A DNA stretch of 64,000 nucleotides from positions 2,522 to 66,521 of IMG/VR virus record IMGVR_UViG_3300031972_002304. One strand, written 5' to 3'. Below are positions 9,755 through 19,774 of the stretch, one piece after another; position 1 is the stretch's first letter; every line of letters begins with the position of its first letter. A program made the translations under genes and the position numbers. The notes beneath the pieces were generated by a model. It was not told where the DNA came from. It made no database searches and saw only the letters and a program-made list of their open reading frames with translations. This DNA is from a virus.

Positions 9755-10386
9755 TGCCTCCGGTTCTGGTCACGCCGGCGGAGGAGATGCCGGTCACGCT
9801 GGACGAGGTGCGCGCCGCGGTCCCTGGCAGCGCCGACACGGCCGACGCAGTTCTGAACGGGCTGGTCGCGACGGCTGTCCGCAGCATCGAGGAGAACCTG
9901 AACCGGGCGCTCGTGCCGCAGATCTGGCGGCAGGGATTCGATGCGTTCGACAAGATCATGCGGCTGCCGCTGCCGGCGGTGGAAGACGGGATCGGCTCGA
10001 TCACCTATCGGAACGAGGCCGGTCAGATCGCCACGGTTTCGGACGACGACTACGCCCTCGACGCTGACGAGATCGGCTCTTTCGTGCGGTTCAAGGACGA
10101 CTTCGAGACGCCTGGCGACCTCTATGAGAACGCGGCCGTGTCGATCACCTGGACTGCCGGCTATGCGGATGTCTCGAGTGGCGTCGACGGAGTCCCGCCT
10201 CCGATCAAGACGGCGATCCTGCTGGTGGTCGGCAACATCTTCCGGCTCACGAAGCCGAGCCTCGAAATCCGAATGGAGGAGTTCCCTGGCGCCGGCGAGA
10301 CGCAATATTCGAGCCCGGAGATCGTGTCCCGCGCGACCGACAACGTGGTGAAGATGCTACTCGGGCCGTTCCGGAGGTACGTGTGA
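9751..10386 (+). CDS. Head-tail connector (gp6-like)
   Basis: PVTLDEV, AGY, VPPPIKTAILL motifs; position. Confidence 0.88.
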   Translation: MMPPVLVTPAEEMPVTLDEVRAAVPGSADTADAVLNGLVATAVRSIEENLNRALVPQIWRQGFDAFDKIMRLPLPAVEDGIGSITYRNEAGQIATVSDDDYALDADEIGSFVRFKDDFETPGDLYENAAVSITWTAGYADVSSGVDGVPPPIKTAILLVVGNIFRLTKPSLEIRMEEFPGAGETQYSSPEIVSRATDNVVKMLLGPFRRYV

Positions 10387-10742
10387 CCCCGGCGGAGGCG
10401 AAGGCAAAGCTGGCTCGCATGATGGAGCAGCGCGGCGAGACCGTCCGGATCGTCAACGTCGACTTCGGCACCGGCGCCGAGGACACATGCGATGCCCGCG
10501 CCGTGGTAACCGGCTTCGCCGCGCACGAGCTTGTTGCCGGCGTCGACCTCGGCGAGCGCGACGTGCTGGTCTATGCAGACGACGTCACGCTGTCGACGCC
10601 GATCGTCGAAGGCACCATCATCATCCTGCGGAGGGCAACCGCCGAAGAGACGACGATGTCGGTATCGGAGCCGCCGGACACGTCGACGCATCGCATGGCG
10701 GGCGTGCTGATCGCCTATGCGATCAAGGCCAAGGGCGGGTAG
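10383..10742 (+). CDS. Head-tail adaptor/head closure protein
   Basis: Size and position; GTGA coupling. Confidence 0.7.
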   Translation: MTPAEAKAKLARMMEQRGETVRIVNVDFGTGAEDTCDARAVVTGFAAHELVAGVDLGERDVLVYADDVTLSTPIVEGTIIILRRATAEETTMSVSEPPDTSTHRMAGVLIAYAIKAKGG

Positions 10743-10745
10743 GCG

Positions 10746-11414
10746 ATGGCCATTTCTCGTCTTGACCCGTTCGCCCGCGAGTTCGAAGTGATGATCGACG
10801 AGATCGCCTCGCCGCCGGCCCGGGCGCAACGCCTGGCCGAGGCCGCGCAGGCCGAGATCGATCGCGCCAACGAGATCAACAGGGCCGCGCTCGGCGGCGA
10901 CCCGCGCTACGAGGTGACCGTCGACGGCCGCCGCGGAGCGCCGGTGACGACGGTGAAGGCCGGCGGCATGGTCTTCGCCGAGTGGTCGTTCATGCGAGAG
11001 GTGCTCGAATACATCGGCGCGCAACTCGTCCTCTCATCGCCGGTGCGCAGCGGTCGCTACTCGCAGTCGCACATCCTGCTCATTGACGGGAACGAGCACT
11101 CCGGAGGCGAGCCGCCCGAGACGTTCGATAACGCGATTTTCGCCAGCGTCGTGCCCTACGCCCGCAAGATCGAGCGCGGACTGTCGCGGCAGGCGCCGGA
11201 GGGCGTCTACGAGGTCGTCGCCGCGATGGCGCGCCGGCGCTTCGGCAACGTCGCCAAGGTCCAGTTCAGCTACCGATCGCTGGTCGGCATGTCGATGCTC
11301 GAGGCGTGGGCGCAGCAGACCACGATGCTGAAGGTCGGCCGCCGGCGGATGAACGACAGCGAGCGCGAAAACTGGCTCCGGCGGCAGCCGGCGATCATCG
11401 TGGAGCCGTACTGA
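10746..11414 (+). CDS. Neck protein (HK97 gp10-like)
   Basis: SPVRSGRY, PYARKIERG.SRQAPEG motifs. Confidence 0.75.
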   Translation: MAISRLDPFAREFEVMIDEIASPPARAQRLAEAAQAEIDRANEINRAALGGDPRYEVTVDGRRGAPVTTVKAGGMVFAEWSFMREVLEYIGAQLVLSSPVRSGRYSQSHILLIDGNEHSGGEPPETFDNAIFASVVPYARKIERGLSRQAPEGVYEVVAAMARRRFGNVAKVQFSYRSLVGMSMLEAWAQQTTMLKVGRRRMNDSERENWLRRQPAIIVEPY

Positions 11415-11415
11415 A

Positions 11416-11829
11416 ATGGCGCACCGCCTCGTTGAAGCCGCCTTCCGCGCCCGTCTCGCCGCCGGCTTCAGCGGCTGCCAGATCTATCCGAAGGGCAAGA
11501 CCGCCGCGCCATCGAATGGCGCCGCCTTCTTGGTCCTTCAGTTTCCGCATTCGACCAGCATGCAAGCGAGCGTCGGCGACCCGGGGAACAACCGATACCG
11601 GGAAGAGGGCGGGGCCCGGTTTGTCCTGAATGTGAAATCGAACTCGGCGCCGGCCATCGCGCAGGGCGACCAGTGGTGCGAGGAGATAGCCGAACTCTTC
11701 CGCGGCAAGCGGTTCGACGGCGTGCTGACTTTCGCGCCCGGCTCGCCGACCTTCGACGACGAGAGCGACAACGCAGGGTATTTCACCATGTCGTTCGCCG
11801 TTCCGTACCTGTTCAATTTCATCGAATAG
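11416..11829 (+). CDS. Tail terminator protein
   Basis: YREEGG, LFRGKRF motifs; precedes tail tube. Confidence 0.75.
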   Translation: MAHRLVEAAFRARLAAGFSGCQIYPKGKTAAPSNGAAFLVLQFPHSTSMQASVGDPGNNRYREEGGARFVLNVKSNSAPAIAQGDQWCEEIAELFRGKRFDGVLTFAPGSPTFDDESDNAGYFTMSFAVPYLFNFIE

Positions 11830-11867
11830 TCCGGCGCCGCCGGCCATAGCCCGCGAGGGCATCAACC

Positions 11868-11897
11868 AAGGGTCGCCTCGGCGGCCCTTTTTCTTTG
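11868..11897 (+). terminator. Intrinsic terminator-like hairpin
   Basis: AAGGGTCGCC-TC-GGCGGCCCTT followed by TTTCTTT. Confidence 0.6.
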
Positions 11898-11915
11898 CCC
11901 AGATGGAGAAGACCG

Positions 11916-12857
11916 ATGGACGGCATGATCGGGATCAACGACAGCCAGACTCGCATTGCCCGCGTCGCCGAAACGACCTGGGGCGTCACTCCGACGAGCC
12001 CGGCTTTCGAGAATATGCGGTCCACGCGCGACACGCTGCAGGCGAACAAGCGCACGGTCACCTCGGAAGAGCGGCGTCCGGATCGCAACGTGTCCGATGT
12101 CATCCAGGTGGCGAGGTCTGCTTCCGGCAACATCCCCACCGAGTTCGCCTATGGCGCATATGATGACGAGTTCGAGAGCGCTCTGTTCGGGACATGGTCG
12201 AGCGGTGACGTGCTGAAGAACGGCACGACCTATCACGCTCTGACCTACGAGAAGACCTTCGCCAAGCCCGGCGGGTCGAGCATCTTCCACCGGTTCGCCG
12301 GCTGCATCGTCGATACGATGGCGCTGAGCGTCACTGCCGAGCAGCTGATCGGCCTGGAATTCGGCGTGATGGGCAAGGGCGTCACGCAGGGCATCACCGC
12401 GCTGTCTGGCGCGACCTATGCCGCGGCGAACACCAATCCGGTCCTGTCCGCAGCGGCCGACTTCGCCTCCCTGTCCATCGTTGGCCTCTCCTCGACGCCG
12501 GCGATCCAGTCGCTGACGCTGAACACCTCCAACGGCCTGCGCCAGCGCATGGCCATCGGCGACCTGAATTCGAAGGGCATCGGCACCGGCCGTTTCACTG
12601 CGACGGGCACGATCAACGCCTATTTCGAGGACGAAGAGCTCTACGCGCTCTTCCTCAGCCACGGCGAGATCGAGCTCGGCTTCACGCTCGGCACCGAAAG
12701 CGGCTCGACCTACGACGTTCTCCTTCCCCGCCTGAAGCTGACGGAAGGCACCGTCCAGTCCGGTGGCAACGACTCCGACGTCATGGCGAACCTGAACTTC
12801 CAGGCGCTCTACGACACGGACATCGCCGCCACCATGCAGATCACCCGCGGAGCCTGA
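11916..12857 (+). CDS. Major tail tube protein
   Basis: ETTWGVTP, SEERRPDR, GTINAYF motifs. Confidence 0.88.
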   Translation: MDGMIGINDSQTRIARVAETTWGVTPTSPAFENMRSTRDTLQANKRTVTSEERRPDRNVSDVIQVARSASGNIPTEFAYGAYDDEFESALFGTWSSGDVLKNGTTYHALTYEKTFAKPGGSSIFHRFAGCIVDTMALSVTAEQLIGLEFGVMGKGVTQGITALSGATYAAANTNPVLSAAADFASLSIVGLSSTPAIQSLTLNTSNGLRQRMAIGDLNSKGIGTGRFTATGTINAYFEDEELYALFLSHGEIELGFTLGTESGSTYDVLLPRLKLTEGTVQSGGNDSDVMANLNFQALYDTDIAATMQITRGA

Positions 12858-13075
12858 TGATGAGCGGCTCCGCTGAGATGACCGTCCTCGAGCCGTTCTC
12901 GGACTATCCGGACGGCAAGAAGGAGGTCGCCTACGCCAAGGGCGACCACATCACCGTCACCGCCAGCCGGGCGACGGAACTCCGCGACCGCGGGCTTGCC
13001 CGCTCGCTGCCGAAGCCCAAGGCCGAACCGAAGGCATCCGGCGCCAAGACCACCGAACCCGACGCGGCCGACTGA
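12857..13075 (+). CDS. Small hypothetical protein
   Basis: Coupled to tube gene; LRDRGLA resembles motif in 7714 ORF. Confidence 0.6.
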   Translation: MMSGSAEMTVLEPFSDYPDGKKEVAYAKGDHITVTASRATELRDRGLARSLPKPKAEPKASGAKTTEPDAAD

Positions 13076-13157
13076 GGCCAGGTATTCTGCGCAGAACGGC
13101 CGCGGGCGAAGTTCGGGCGCCCGCGGCCACCCTCCCGAACACCGAAGGAATTCCGAC

Positions 13158-13646
13158 ATGAGCCTGTATAAGAAATTCGCCACCGACGAGAACGCAGAGG
13201 CCGGCGAGGGCATCGTGCTCGACTATGGCGACGGCGTGAAGATCCGTATCCACCGCGCCGGCGGCGGCAACAAGGCGTTCGCGCGCATCCTCGAGGCGAA
13301 GACAAAACCCTACCGCCGTCAGATCGACAACGGCACGATCGACCAGGACGTGATGCGCCGGCTGATGGCCGAGATCTACGCCAAGTCCGTCATCATCGGA
13401 TGGGAAGGCGTGACCGACGAGGACGATCATCCGCTCGCCTTCACGGAGGAGAACGTTGTCAAGGTCCTGCTCGACCTGCCTGACCTCTTCCGCGACATCC
13501 AGGAAGCGGCCAGCAACGCGGCTCTCTTCCGCGCCGATGCGAATGCGGCCGTGGAGGGAAACTCGTCGACGCCCTCCGGTGGAGCCTCCGGTGGAGCGAG
13601 CAAGAAAGCTGGTTCCGAAGCCTCGCAGAGCGCGGAAAGCCGGTAA
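13158..13646 (+). CDS. Tail assembly chaperone (gpG-like)
   Basis: AAGGA RBS; IIGWEGV motif; slippery G GGA AAC at 13556-13562. Confidence 0.85.
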   Translation: MSLYKKFATDENAEAGEGIVLDYGDGVKIRIHRAGGGNKAFARILEAKTKPYRRQIDNGTIDQDVMRRLMAEIYAKSVIIGWEGVTDEDDHPLAFTEENVVKVLLDLPDLFRDIQEAASNAALFRADANAAVEGNSSTPSGGASGGASKKAGSEASQSAESR

Positions 13647-13921
13647 AAGCCTGGCTGAACCGCACCGAGTTCCTCCCGCATCTCGCGTTCCTGCGGGACG
13701 CCTTCTACGATCTGGCCGCATCAAGGTCGGTCACCCAGGCCGGCCCGCAGCCGATCCCCATCTCCGAAATCGCCGCCTACTGCTCGCTCTTTGGCGTCTC
13801 TGACGTCCAGGAGCGGGCCGAGTTCTTGAGCGCGATGCAGGCGATGGACGCCGCCTACCTCGACCACATCAACCAGCCGGACAAACCGGACCAGCCGAAG
13901 GAGGACGACAAGGGTGGTTGA
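13556..13921 (+). CDS. Tail assembly chaperone -1 frameshift extension (gpGT-like)
   Basis: -1 frame open from slippery site: KLVDALRW...AFYDLAASR..GPQPIPISEI..MDAAYL..KGG*, ending at TMP start. Confidence 0.85.
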   Translation, partial: GKLVDALRWSLRWSEQESWFRSLAERGKPVKAWLNRTEFLPHLAFLRDAFYDLAASRSVTQAGPQPIPISEIAAYCSLFGVSDVQERAEFLSAMQAMDAAYLDHINQPDKPDQPKEDDKGG

Positions 13922-16900
13922 TCGCGTCGTCAAATCGGTCGAGATCCGTGAAGCCGGAACGCAGCGCGTCTACGATCGCTTCACCAAACTGACGACGGCG
14001 GCGCGTGGGGTCAGCGTCGCCGTCAACGAAGCCGGCACTGCGATCGAGACGAATGCGCGCAAGATCGATTCCGCGGCTCGTTCCTACGAGCGCCTGACGG
14101 AGCGCACCACTTCGAATTCTGGTGCTCTGCGGAATTATGCTAGCGACATCAACACTGTGGAGAAGGCGCACGCCGCCGGCATCACGTCGGCTAAGCAGTT
14201 CGCCACCGATCTTCAGCGCGTGCAGCAAGCGCTTCAGTCTGCCGGCGCGCCCCGCGGCCCGTCGACCGATCTCCAGCGGAACCTCGAATACATCAACGAG
14301 ACGCGCTTGGCAGCGAAGTCGGCGCAGGAGTCGGCCGAGGCGATGTCCGCGGCCTTTCGCGCGATCGACACCGGCACGACGCCGCTGCAGAATACCATCA
14401 ACTCGCTGCACGGCATCGGCGAGGGGTTTCTCGATGCGCAGGCGTCGGCAAGCGCCTTCGGCGATTTCTTCAAGCGAGAGATGGAGGAGGCGAAGCGGCA
14501 GGCCGAGGTAGTCTCTGCTGCCATCTCCAAGGAATTCGGCGACGCTTTCAATCGCCGCATGAACATCGGCGGGCCGTCGGCCACGCAGATGGGTGCCAGC
14601 TATTCCGCACTGTCTGGCCTGAATTCGCAACTCGACCTGATCGAGCGGGCCCGCACTGAGCAGTTTGCCCCCGACCTCAATCGCCGGCTCGGCGTCGGCG
14701 TCAATGCCAGAGACCAAGGCGCGACAGTCTCAGCGCTGATGGAGGCAGAGAAGGCGGCCGAAGCATATGAAAGGCGCCTCGCGCAGGTGAGGGCAGAGAT
14801 CGATCCTGTCGCAGCCGCGCAGGATCGCCTTAATGCGGAGATCGCCGAATACACGGCCATGGCTGCTCGCGGCGATCTGACGACGCAGCAACTGGCCCAA
14901 GGGATGGAGGTGGCGCAGGGCAGGTTCGCGCTGGCGGAGCGATCCCTTGGCCAGTTCAAGGATGCGAGCCGGCTCTCGTCTACCGAGTTGCAGAACCTGC
15001 AGTTCCAGTTGAACGACATTGGCGTCTCGCTGGCGTCCGGCCAGTCGCCGTTCGTGGTCCTCCTCCAGCAGGGCGCGCAGATCGGCCAGTTGTTCGGGCC
15101 AGGCGCCACGGTGCAGACGGCGCTTCGCTCTGTGGCGTCTGGCGTGATGCAGTTCCTGACGAGCCCGATCAACCTTGCGGTCCTCGGCTTTGCGGCACTG
15201 GCCGGCGGCGTCGCCTATTTTGTCTCCACCTTCAAGTCCAATATCCCGCCGCTGAAGGACCGGATTGAGGACCATCTGAAGCTGGTGCGCGATCTGGCCG
15301 ATGCCTATGGCGACGCGAGCGCGAACGTCGACAAATACGGCAAGCTTGGCAAGTCTGCTCTCGAGGCGCTGAGCGCCAGGCAGCGCGAAATCACAGCGCT
15401 CCAGCTGCAGTCTGGCGCGAGCAGGATTCTCGACCGACTGGCCCCTGAGATCAGTCTGCCAGACATCACGACAGGCGAGGTCGTCCAGGCCCGGGACATG
15501 AACAAGTACCCCGAGCTTGAGGGTGCTCTGAAGCGACTTTCCGACAGCGCGAAGACCGGCGCACCGAACGTCCGTGAGTTCTTCGACGAGATCGGCAAGA
15601 TCGGCGCCACGACGAGGGACGCCGGGCTCCGCAAGTTGATCGCCGACGTGATCGAGACGAACCGGAATCTCGTCACGGCGCAGGACATCATCGATGGCAC
15701 AGTGGATCGCCTGGGCAAGCTCCGCGAGGCGGCGCGCAAGGCCGGCGATGCTGCTCGCGACGGCCTGAAGGAATTCGTCCCGGATCTGACGACTGATCGC
15801 CAGCGGATCGAGCAGCTTTACCGGCAGCGCCTGAACGCGGCCACGGTGCGCGTCCCGAACGACCCAGAGCGCAATCGGAACGCCCTCGCGGGCATCCAGA
15901 TCGAAGCCGACCGCGACCGCAAGGAGGCGCTAGACGAGATCGCCAGGGCGGAGGCCAACGTCCGCCGTGAGCGCGAGCTTGCCACGCAGGGCATATTTGC
16001 CCGCACGACGGCTGAGCGCTCTGCCATTGCCGAGCAGATGAAAGCCGTCGAACTGAACACCGTCCAAGGCGACAAGCTGGGTGAGGTCGAGCGGGAGGCT
16101 CGCATCGCGGCCGAAGGGCTTCTCGTCTTCGCCCAGGCTCAGCGAGAGGTGCAGGATGCAGCCCGATCTGCGGAGGACGCGCTTTCCACCGCAGGCATGC
16201 GTGGGTACGCCGCCGAGATCGCTGGCATCAACCGGCAGATCGAGCGCCAAATCGAATTGACGCCGGAACTCGCCGACGCATGGAACCGGATCGGCGATGC
16301 CCAGCGCGCAGTTGCGACGATCAACATGCGCGAGCAGCTGTTCACACCGCAGAACGACAATGTCGCCTCGCTGAAGGCTGAAGCAGAGGCGCTCGACCTC
16401 ACGGGCGAAGCGCGCCGCCGTGTCCTTGCGGACGCTCAGGCTGAGCAGACGCTGCGGCAGGCCGGCGTCGATCTGCTGAGCAAGGAGGCGGAGGCCTATC
16501 GCTCCAATGCGCGGGCGATCTCGGAATACGAGGCCGCGCTGTCGGCGGCGAAGGCCGAGCGCGATCTCCTGTTCGAACGCGACCAGATGCTTCGCACGCC
16601 GACCGAGCAGAAGGTCGCCGAGCAGCTTCGCAGCCTGAACCTCAGCGAGCGCGATCCCTACGGCAAGGTCATCGCCAACCAGGTCCGCTACAATGAGCGC
16701 CTGAAGGAGGGGAAAGAGCTCATCGAGGGCATGACGTCAGGCCTGTCGGCGCAGATCCGTGAAGCCAAGAGCCTCGGCGACGTGGGTAGCATCCTCCTCG
16801 ATCGTGTTTCCGGCGCTCTGAACAGCTACATGGACAAGCAACTGGAGAAAGCGCTGCAGGAGGTTGGCAACTCGGTCCTCGGAAATCTATTCCCCGGCGC

Positions 16901-18203
16901 AGGGCCGGCTATCGGCTTGCCGGATGCGCCGGCCATGCAGACGATCGCGACGGCGAACATGACCGCTTCCGTGGTGAATCTGACGTCAGCCAACGGCCTC
17001 CTGGGCGGTTTGGCGGCGAACCAGAATTCCCCGCTCGGCTCTATCGAGCGCGGCGGGCCGCTGGCGCCAGTTCTGGACCCTGCCAGCCAGCGAGTTTCGG
17101 ACGCCTTCGCGGTCACTGCCCCGGTCGCAGGGATGAGCGGCGCGGCGCCATCTGTCTCCGAAATGACGGCCTATATTCGACAGGCTGCGGCAGCTCGCGG
17201 CATTGATCAGGAGATCGCTCTTCGCGTCGCGCGATCCGAAGGCTTGGGCGAGGGAATCTGGCAGTCCAACTATCACCGCGGCAGCTTCCGCGAGCCGTCC
17301 TATGGACCGTTCCAGCTTCTGAAAGGCGGCCCAGGCACAGGCTTCGGTCCGGGCCTCGGCAACGCGTTCATGCAGGACACGGGGCTGGATCCAGCCGACC
17401 GGCGCACATCTTACGCAGGCATCGACTATGCGCTGAACCATGCGGCCAAGAACGGTTGGGGGGCATGGTACGGCGCCGACAAGGCCGGCGTCGGCGAGTG
17501 GGACGGCCTCCGCGGCGCACAGACGGTTCCGCTCGAGCAGGTGCAGGCGCAGATCCAGCAGTCGGCGACCGCTCTGCAGCAGTCAGCGCAGACGCTCGCG
17601 CCGGCTGCGTCGCAGTTCACATCGAGCCTCGGCCAGCAGCTGAACGGCACGATCGTCGGCGGCGCCAGCCAGATCGCCGATCAGTTCGTGCCAGGCCTCG
17701 GCGGTGTCGTGCAGACGTTCCTGAAGGCCTTCCAATCGGCCGCGCCTGGCGGCGGAGGCGGCTTGGGCAGTCTGATCGCGAGCGCCTTCGGCGGTGGAGG
17801 AGGCGGAGCCGATCCTTGGGCTGGGCTACGCTTCGCCAAGGGCGGCGCCTTCACCAACTCGATCGTCGACACCCCGACGCAGTTCCGATTCGCGGATGGC
17901 ATCGGCTTGATGGGCGAGGCCGGCCCCGAGGCGATCATGCCGCTCAGTCGCGGGCGCAATGGCAGGCTCGGCGTCACCATGTCAATGCAGCGGGCTCCCC
18001 AGGCGGCTCAGCCCACGATCGTCGAGAACGTCTTCCACAACGCCCCGCCTGTGAAGGAGCAGCGCGAGGAGACGGATCAGTCGACCGGCAAGCGCCGCAA
18101 CGTGATCGTCTTCGACGAGATGGTCTCGAAAAGCGTCAAGGGCGGCCCGAGGACAAAACGTGCGCTCGGCCAGCTTGGCGCCAAGATGCCACTGACGAGG
18201 TAG
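13914..18203 (+). CDS. Tape measure protein with C-terminal lysozyme/transglycosylase-like domain
   Basis: 1429 aa, Ala-rich helical; QLNDIGVSLASGQSP..QQGAQI; RVARSEG..GPFQL; GEAGPEAIMPL. Confidence 0.93.
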   Translation: MVDRVVKSVEIREAGTQRVYDRFTKLTTAARGVSVAVNEAGTAIETNARKIDSAARSYERLTERTTSNSGALRNYASDINTVEKAHAAGITSAKQFATDLQRVQQALQSAGAPRGPSTDLQRNLEYINETRLAAKSAQESAEAMSAAFRAIDTGTTPLQNTINSLHGIGEGFLDAQASASAFGDFFKREMEEAKRQAEVVSAAISKEFGDAFNRRMNIGGPSATQMGASYSALSGLNSQLDLIERARTEQFAPDLNRRLGVGVNARDQGATVSALMEAEKAAEAYERRLAQVRAEIDPVAAAQDRLNAEIAEYTAMAARGDLTTQQLAQGMEVAQGRFALAERSLGQFKDASRLSSTELQNLQFQLNDIGVSLASGQSPFVVLLQQGAQIGQLFGPGATVQTALRSVASGVMQFLTSPINLAVLGFAALAGGVAYFVSTFKSNIPPLKDRIEDHLKLVRDLADAYGDASANVDKYGKLGKSALEALSARQREITALQLQSGASRILDRLAPEISLPDITTGEVVQARDMNKYPELEGALKRLSDSAKTGAPNVREFFDEIGKIGATTRDAGLRKLIADVIETNRNLVTAQDIIDGTVDRLGKLREAARKAGDAARDGLKEFVPDLTTDRQRIEQLYRQRLNAATVRVPNDPERNRNALAGIQIEADRDRKEALDEIARAEANVRRERELATQGIFARTTAERSAIAEQMKAVELNTVQGDKLGEVEREARIAAEGLLVFAQAQREVQDAARSAEDALSTAGMRGYAAEIAGINRQIERQIELTPELADAWNRIGDAQRAVATINMREQLFTPQNDNVASLKAEAEALDLTGEARRRVLADAQAEQTLRQAGVDLLSKEAEAYRSNARAISEYEAALSAAKAERDLLFERDQMLRTPTEQKVAEQLRSLNLSERDPYGKVIANQVRYNERLKEGKELIEGMTSGLSAQIREAKSLGDVGSILLDRVSGALNSYMDKQLEKALQEVGNSVLGNLFPGAGPAIGLPDAPAMQTIATANMTASVVNLTSANGLLGGLAANQNSPLGSIERGGPLAPVLDPASQRVSDAFAVTAPVAGMSGAAPSVSEMTAYIRQAAAARGIDQEIALRVARSEGLGEGIWQSNYHRGSFREPSYGPFQLLKGGPGTGFGPGLGNAFMQDTGLDPADRRTSYAGIDYALNHAAKNGWGAWYGADKAGVGEWDGLRGAQTVPLEQVQAQIQQSATALQQSAQTLAPAASQFTSSLGQQLNGTIVGGASQIADQFVPGLGGVVQTFLKAFQSAAPGGGGGLGSLIASAFGGGGGGADPWAGLRFAKGGAFTNSIVDTPTQFRFADGIGLMGEAGPEAIMPLSRGRNGRLGVTMSMQRAPQAAQPTIVENVFHNAPPVKEQREETDQSTGKRRNVIVFDEMVSKSVKGGPRTKRALGQLGAKMPLTR

Positions 18204-18206
18204 GCC

Positions 18207-18632
18207 ATGCCGTATCCAGTTTGGCCGGCTGAGCTGCCGCAGTATCCGACGCCGGACGGATATCAGCGCGGCGCGCGAGATGGCCGGTCCTTCGCAAGCA
18301 TGCAGAACGGCCCGCCGAAGATCCGTCGCAAGACTTCCGCGGCCGTGAAGCCGGTGTCGCTGACCTACGAGATGACGACGGACGAACTCGCCAGGTTCGA
18401 GCGCTTTTGGGAAGAGGACACCGATGGTGGGCTGCTCTTCGTGATGCCAGACGCGGTCAATCATGGGCAGCCGCTACTGACCGAAGCCGGGGAGCCGATT
18501 TTGACCGAGGATGGCGATCCCATCCTGATTTCGGCATGGTGGCTGGTCGCGTTCGGCGAGGAGGCCTACCAGGTCTCGCCGATCGGGCCGCTCGACTACA
18601 ACGTCTCGTTCTCGGTGCTCGTATGGCCGTGA
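18207..18632 (+). CDS. Minor tail (distal tail-like) protein
   Basis: WPAELP, GPPKIRR, FERFW motifs; follows TMP. Confidence 0.75.
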   Translation: MPYPVWPAELPQYPTPDGYQRGARDGRSFASMQNGPPKIRRKTSAAVKPVSLTYEMTTDELARFERFWEEDTDGGLLFVMPDAVNHGQPLLTEAGEPILTEDGDPILISAWWLVAFGEEAYQVSPIGPLDYNVSFSVLVWP

Positions 18633-19186
18633 AGACCGGAAGGCGCCTCGTCAGCTTCAACATGCGGACGGCGATCGAGCAGCCGATCACGCCAGAGACG
18701 GCCGTGACGCTGGTCACGATACGGCATCCCGAGCTTGAGGCCCCGCTGCGGCTGTCGACCGATCCGACGGTTCGGACTTCCTCTGACCCTTTGATGTACG
18801 GCACGCGGTCGAAGATGATCTCGCCGCAGATCACCTCTGATGTCTTCAACCTCACCACCGCAGCGCAATTCGATTTCGTGCTGATGTCGGCCATCCTGCC
18901 GGATGATCCGGAGGAGGGCACCACGCCGGTTGACATGACCATTGAGAACGTCGCCGCCGGGATGACGGCGATGGCTCAGAAGCTGAAGACGCCGGCCCAG
19001 GTGGATTTCGCCGTCGTGCTTGCGGCGACACCGGACTATGTGGAGTTCGCATGGACCGGCCTCTACACCGTCGGCGCCGATTGGGACGAGCGGGCCATCA
19101 CGATCCCGGTCTCGCGCGAGGTCATCCAGAGGCTGAGCTATCCGTTCGGCCGCATGACGCGGTCGTTCTTTCCGGGGCTGTTCTGA
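18623..19186 (+). CDS. Minor tail protein (DUF1833-like)
   Basis: LVTIRHP, ILPDD, IENV, C-terminal FPGLF. Confidence 0.75.
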   Translation: MAVKTGRRLVSFNMRTAIEQPITPETAVTLVTIRHPELEAPLRLSTDPTVRTSSDPLMYGTRSKMISPQITSDVFNLTTAAQFDFVLMSAILPDDPEEGTTPVDMTIENVAAGMTAMAQKLKTPAQVDFAVVLAATPDYVEFAWTGLYTVGADWDERAITIPVSREVIQRLSYPFGRMTRSFFPGLF

Positions 19187-19195
19187 GAGGAAGCC

Positions 19196-19459
19196 ATGAG
19201 CATCGTTGTCGAATACCGAGAAATCGGCACGGAGGCTTGGATCAGGCATCGCTGTGCTCCGCTTTCGCGCGCCCCATCGTTCACGGAAACGGCAGGCGGA
19301 GATGGGGCGATTATCGCCAGCGGCGACGTTGGCTTCTCAACCTGGTCGGATGATGAACTGCTGGAGGAATACATCAAGCACGGGCAGTTTTCTGAAGAGT
19401 GTCGAACCACGGATGGCGCGGCCGTGAGAGACGAACTGCAGCGTCGCGGAGTTCTCTGA
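19196..19459 (+). CDS. Hypothetical protein
   Basis: GAGG RBS; TGATG coupling to next ORF. Confidence 0.55.
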   Translation: MSIVVEYREIGTEAWIRHRCAPLSRAPSFTETAGGDGAIIASGDVGFSTWSDDELLEEYIKHGQFSEECRTTDGAAVRDELQRRGVL

Positions 19460-19695
19460 TGCACATCGTTATCGAAAACAAAGTCCCCGGCGTCGACGTG
19501 AAGGTGCGCGAGGTCGACGGACAGACCGTCGTGACCGTGCAGCGTGGCGACGGCCTCAACGAGATCGTCACGGATAGGCCTCCTCTCGACATCTGGCGCG
19601 ACGCGCACCGCATTCACCGCGCGACCATTGGAGCCGCCGGCCCTGAGGCGATCATGCCGCTCCGCCGGGGGGCTAAGGCGCCATTGGTCCGCTGA
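19459..19695 (+). CDS. Hypothetical protein carrying a copy of the TMP GPEAIMPL motif
   Basis: MHIVIENK...GAAGPEAIMPLRRG. Confidence 0.55.
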   Translation: MHIVIENKVPGVDVKVREVDGQTVVTVQRGDGLNEIVTDRPPLDIWRDAHRIHRATIGAAGPEAIMPLRRGAKAPLVR

Positions 19696-19774
19696 AGCGC
19701 CAAGCCGTTCGCCTTGCGCTCCTGTGGATAGCCATCGGATGCGCGGTCAGCATAGTCTTCGAAATCGCGAGAGA

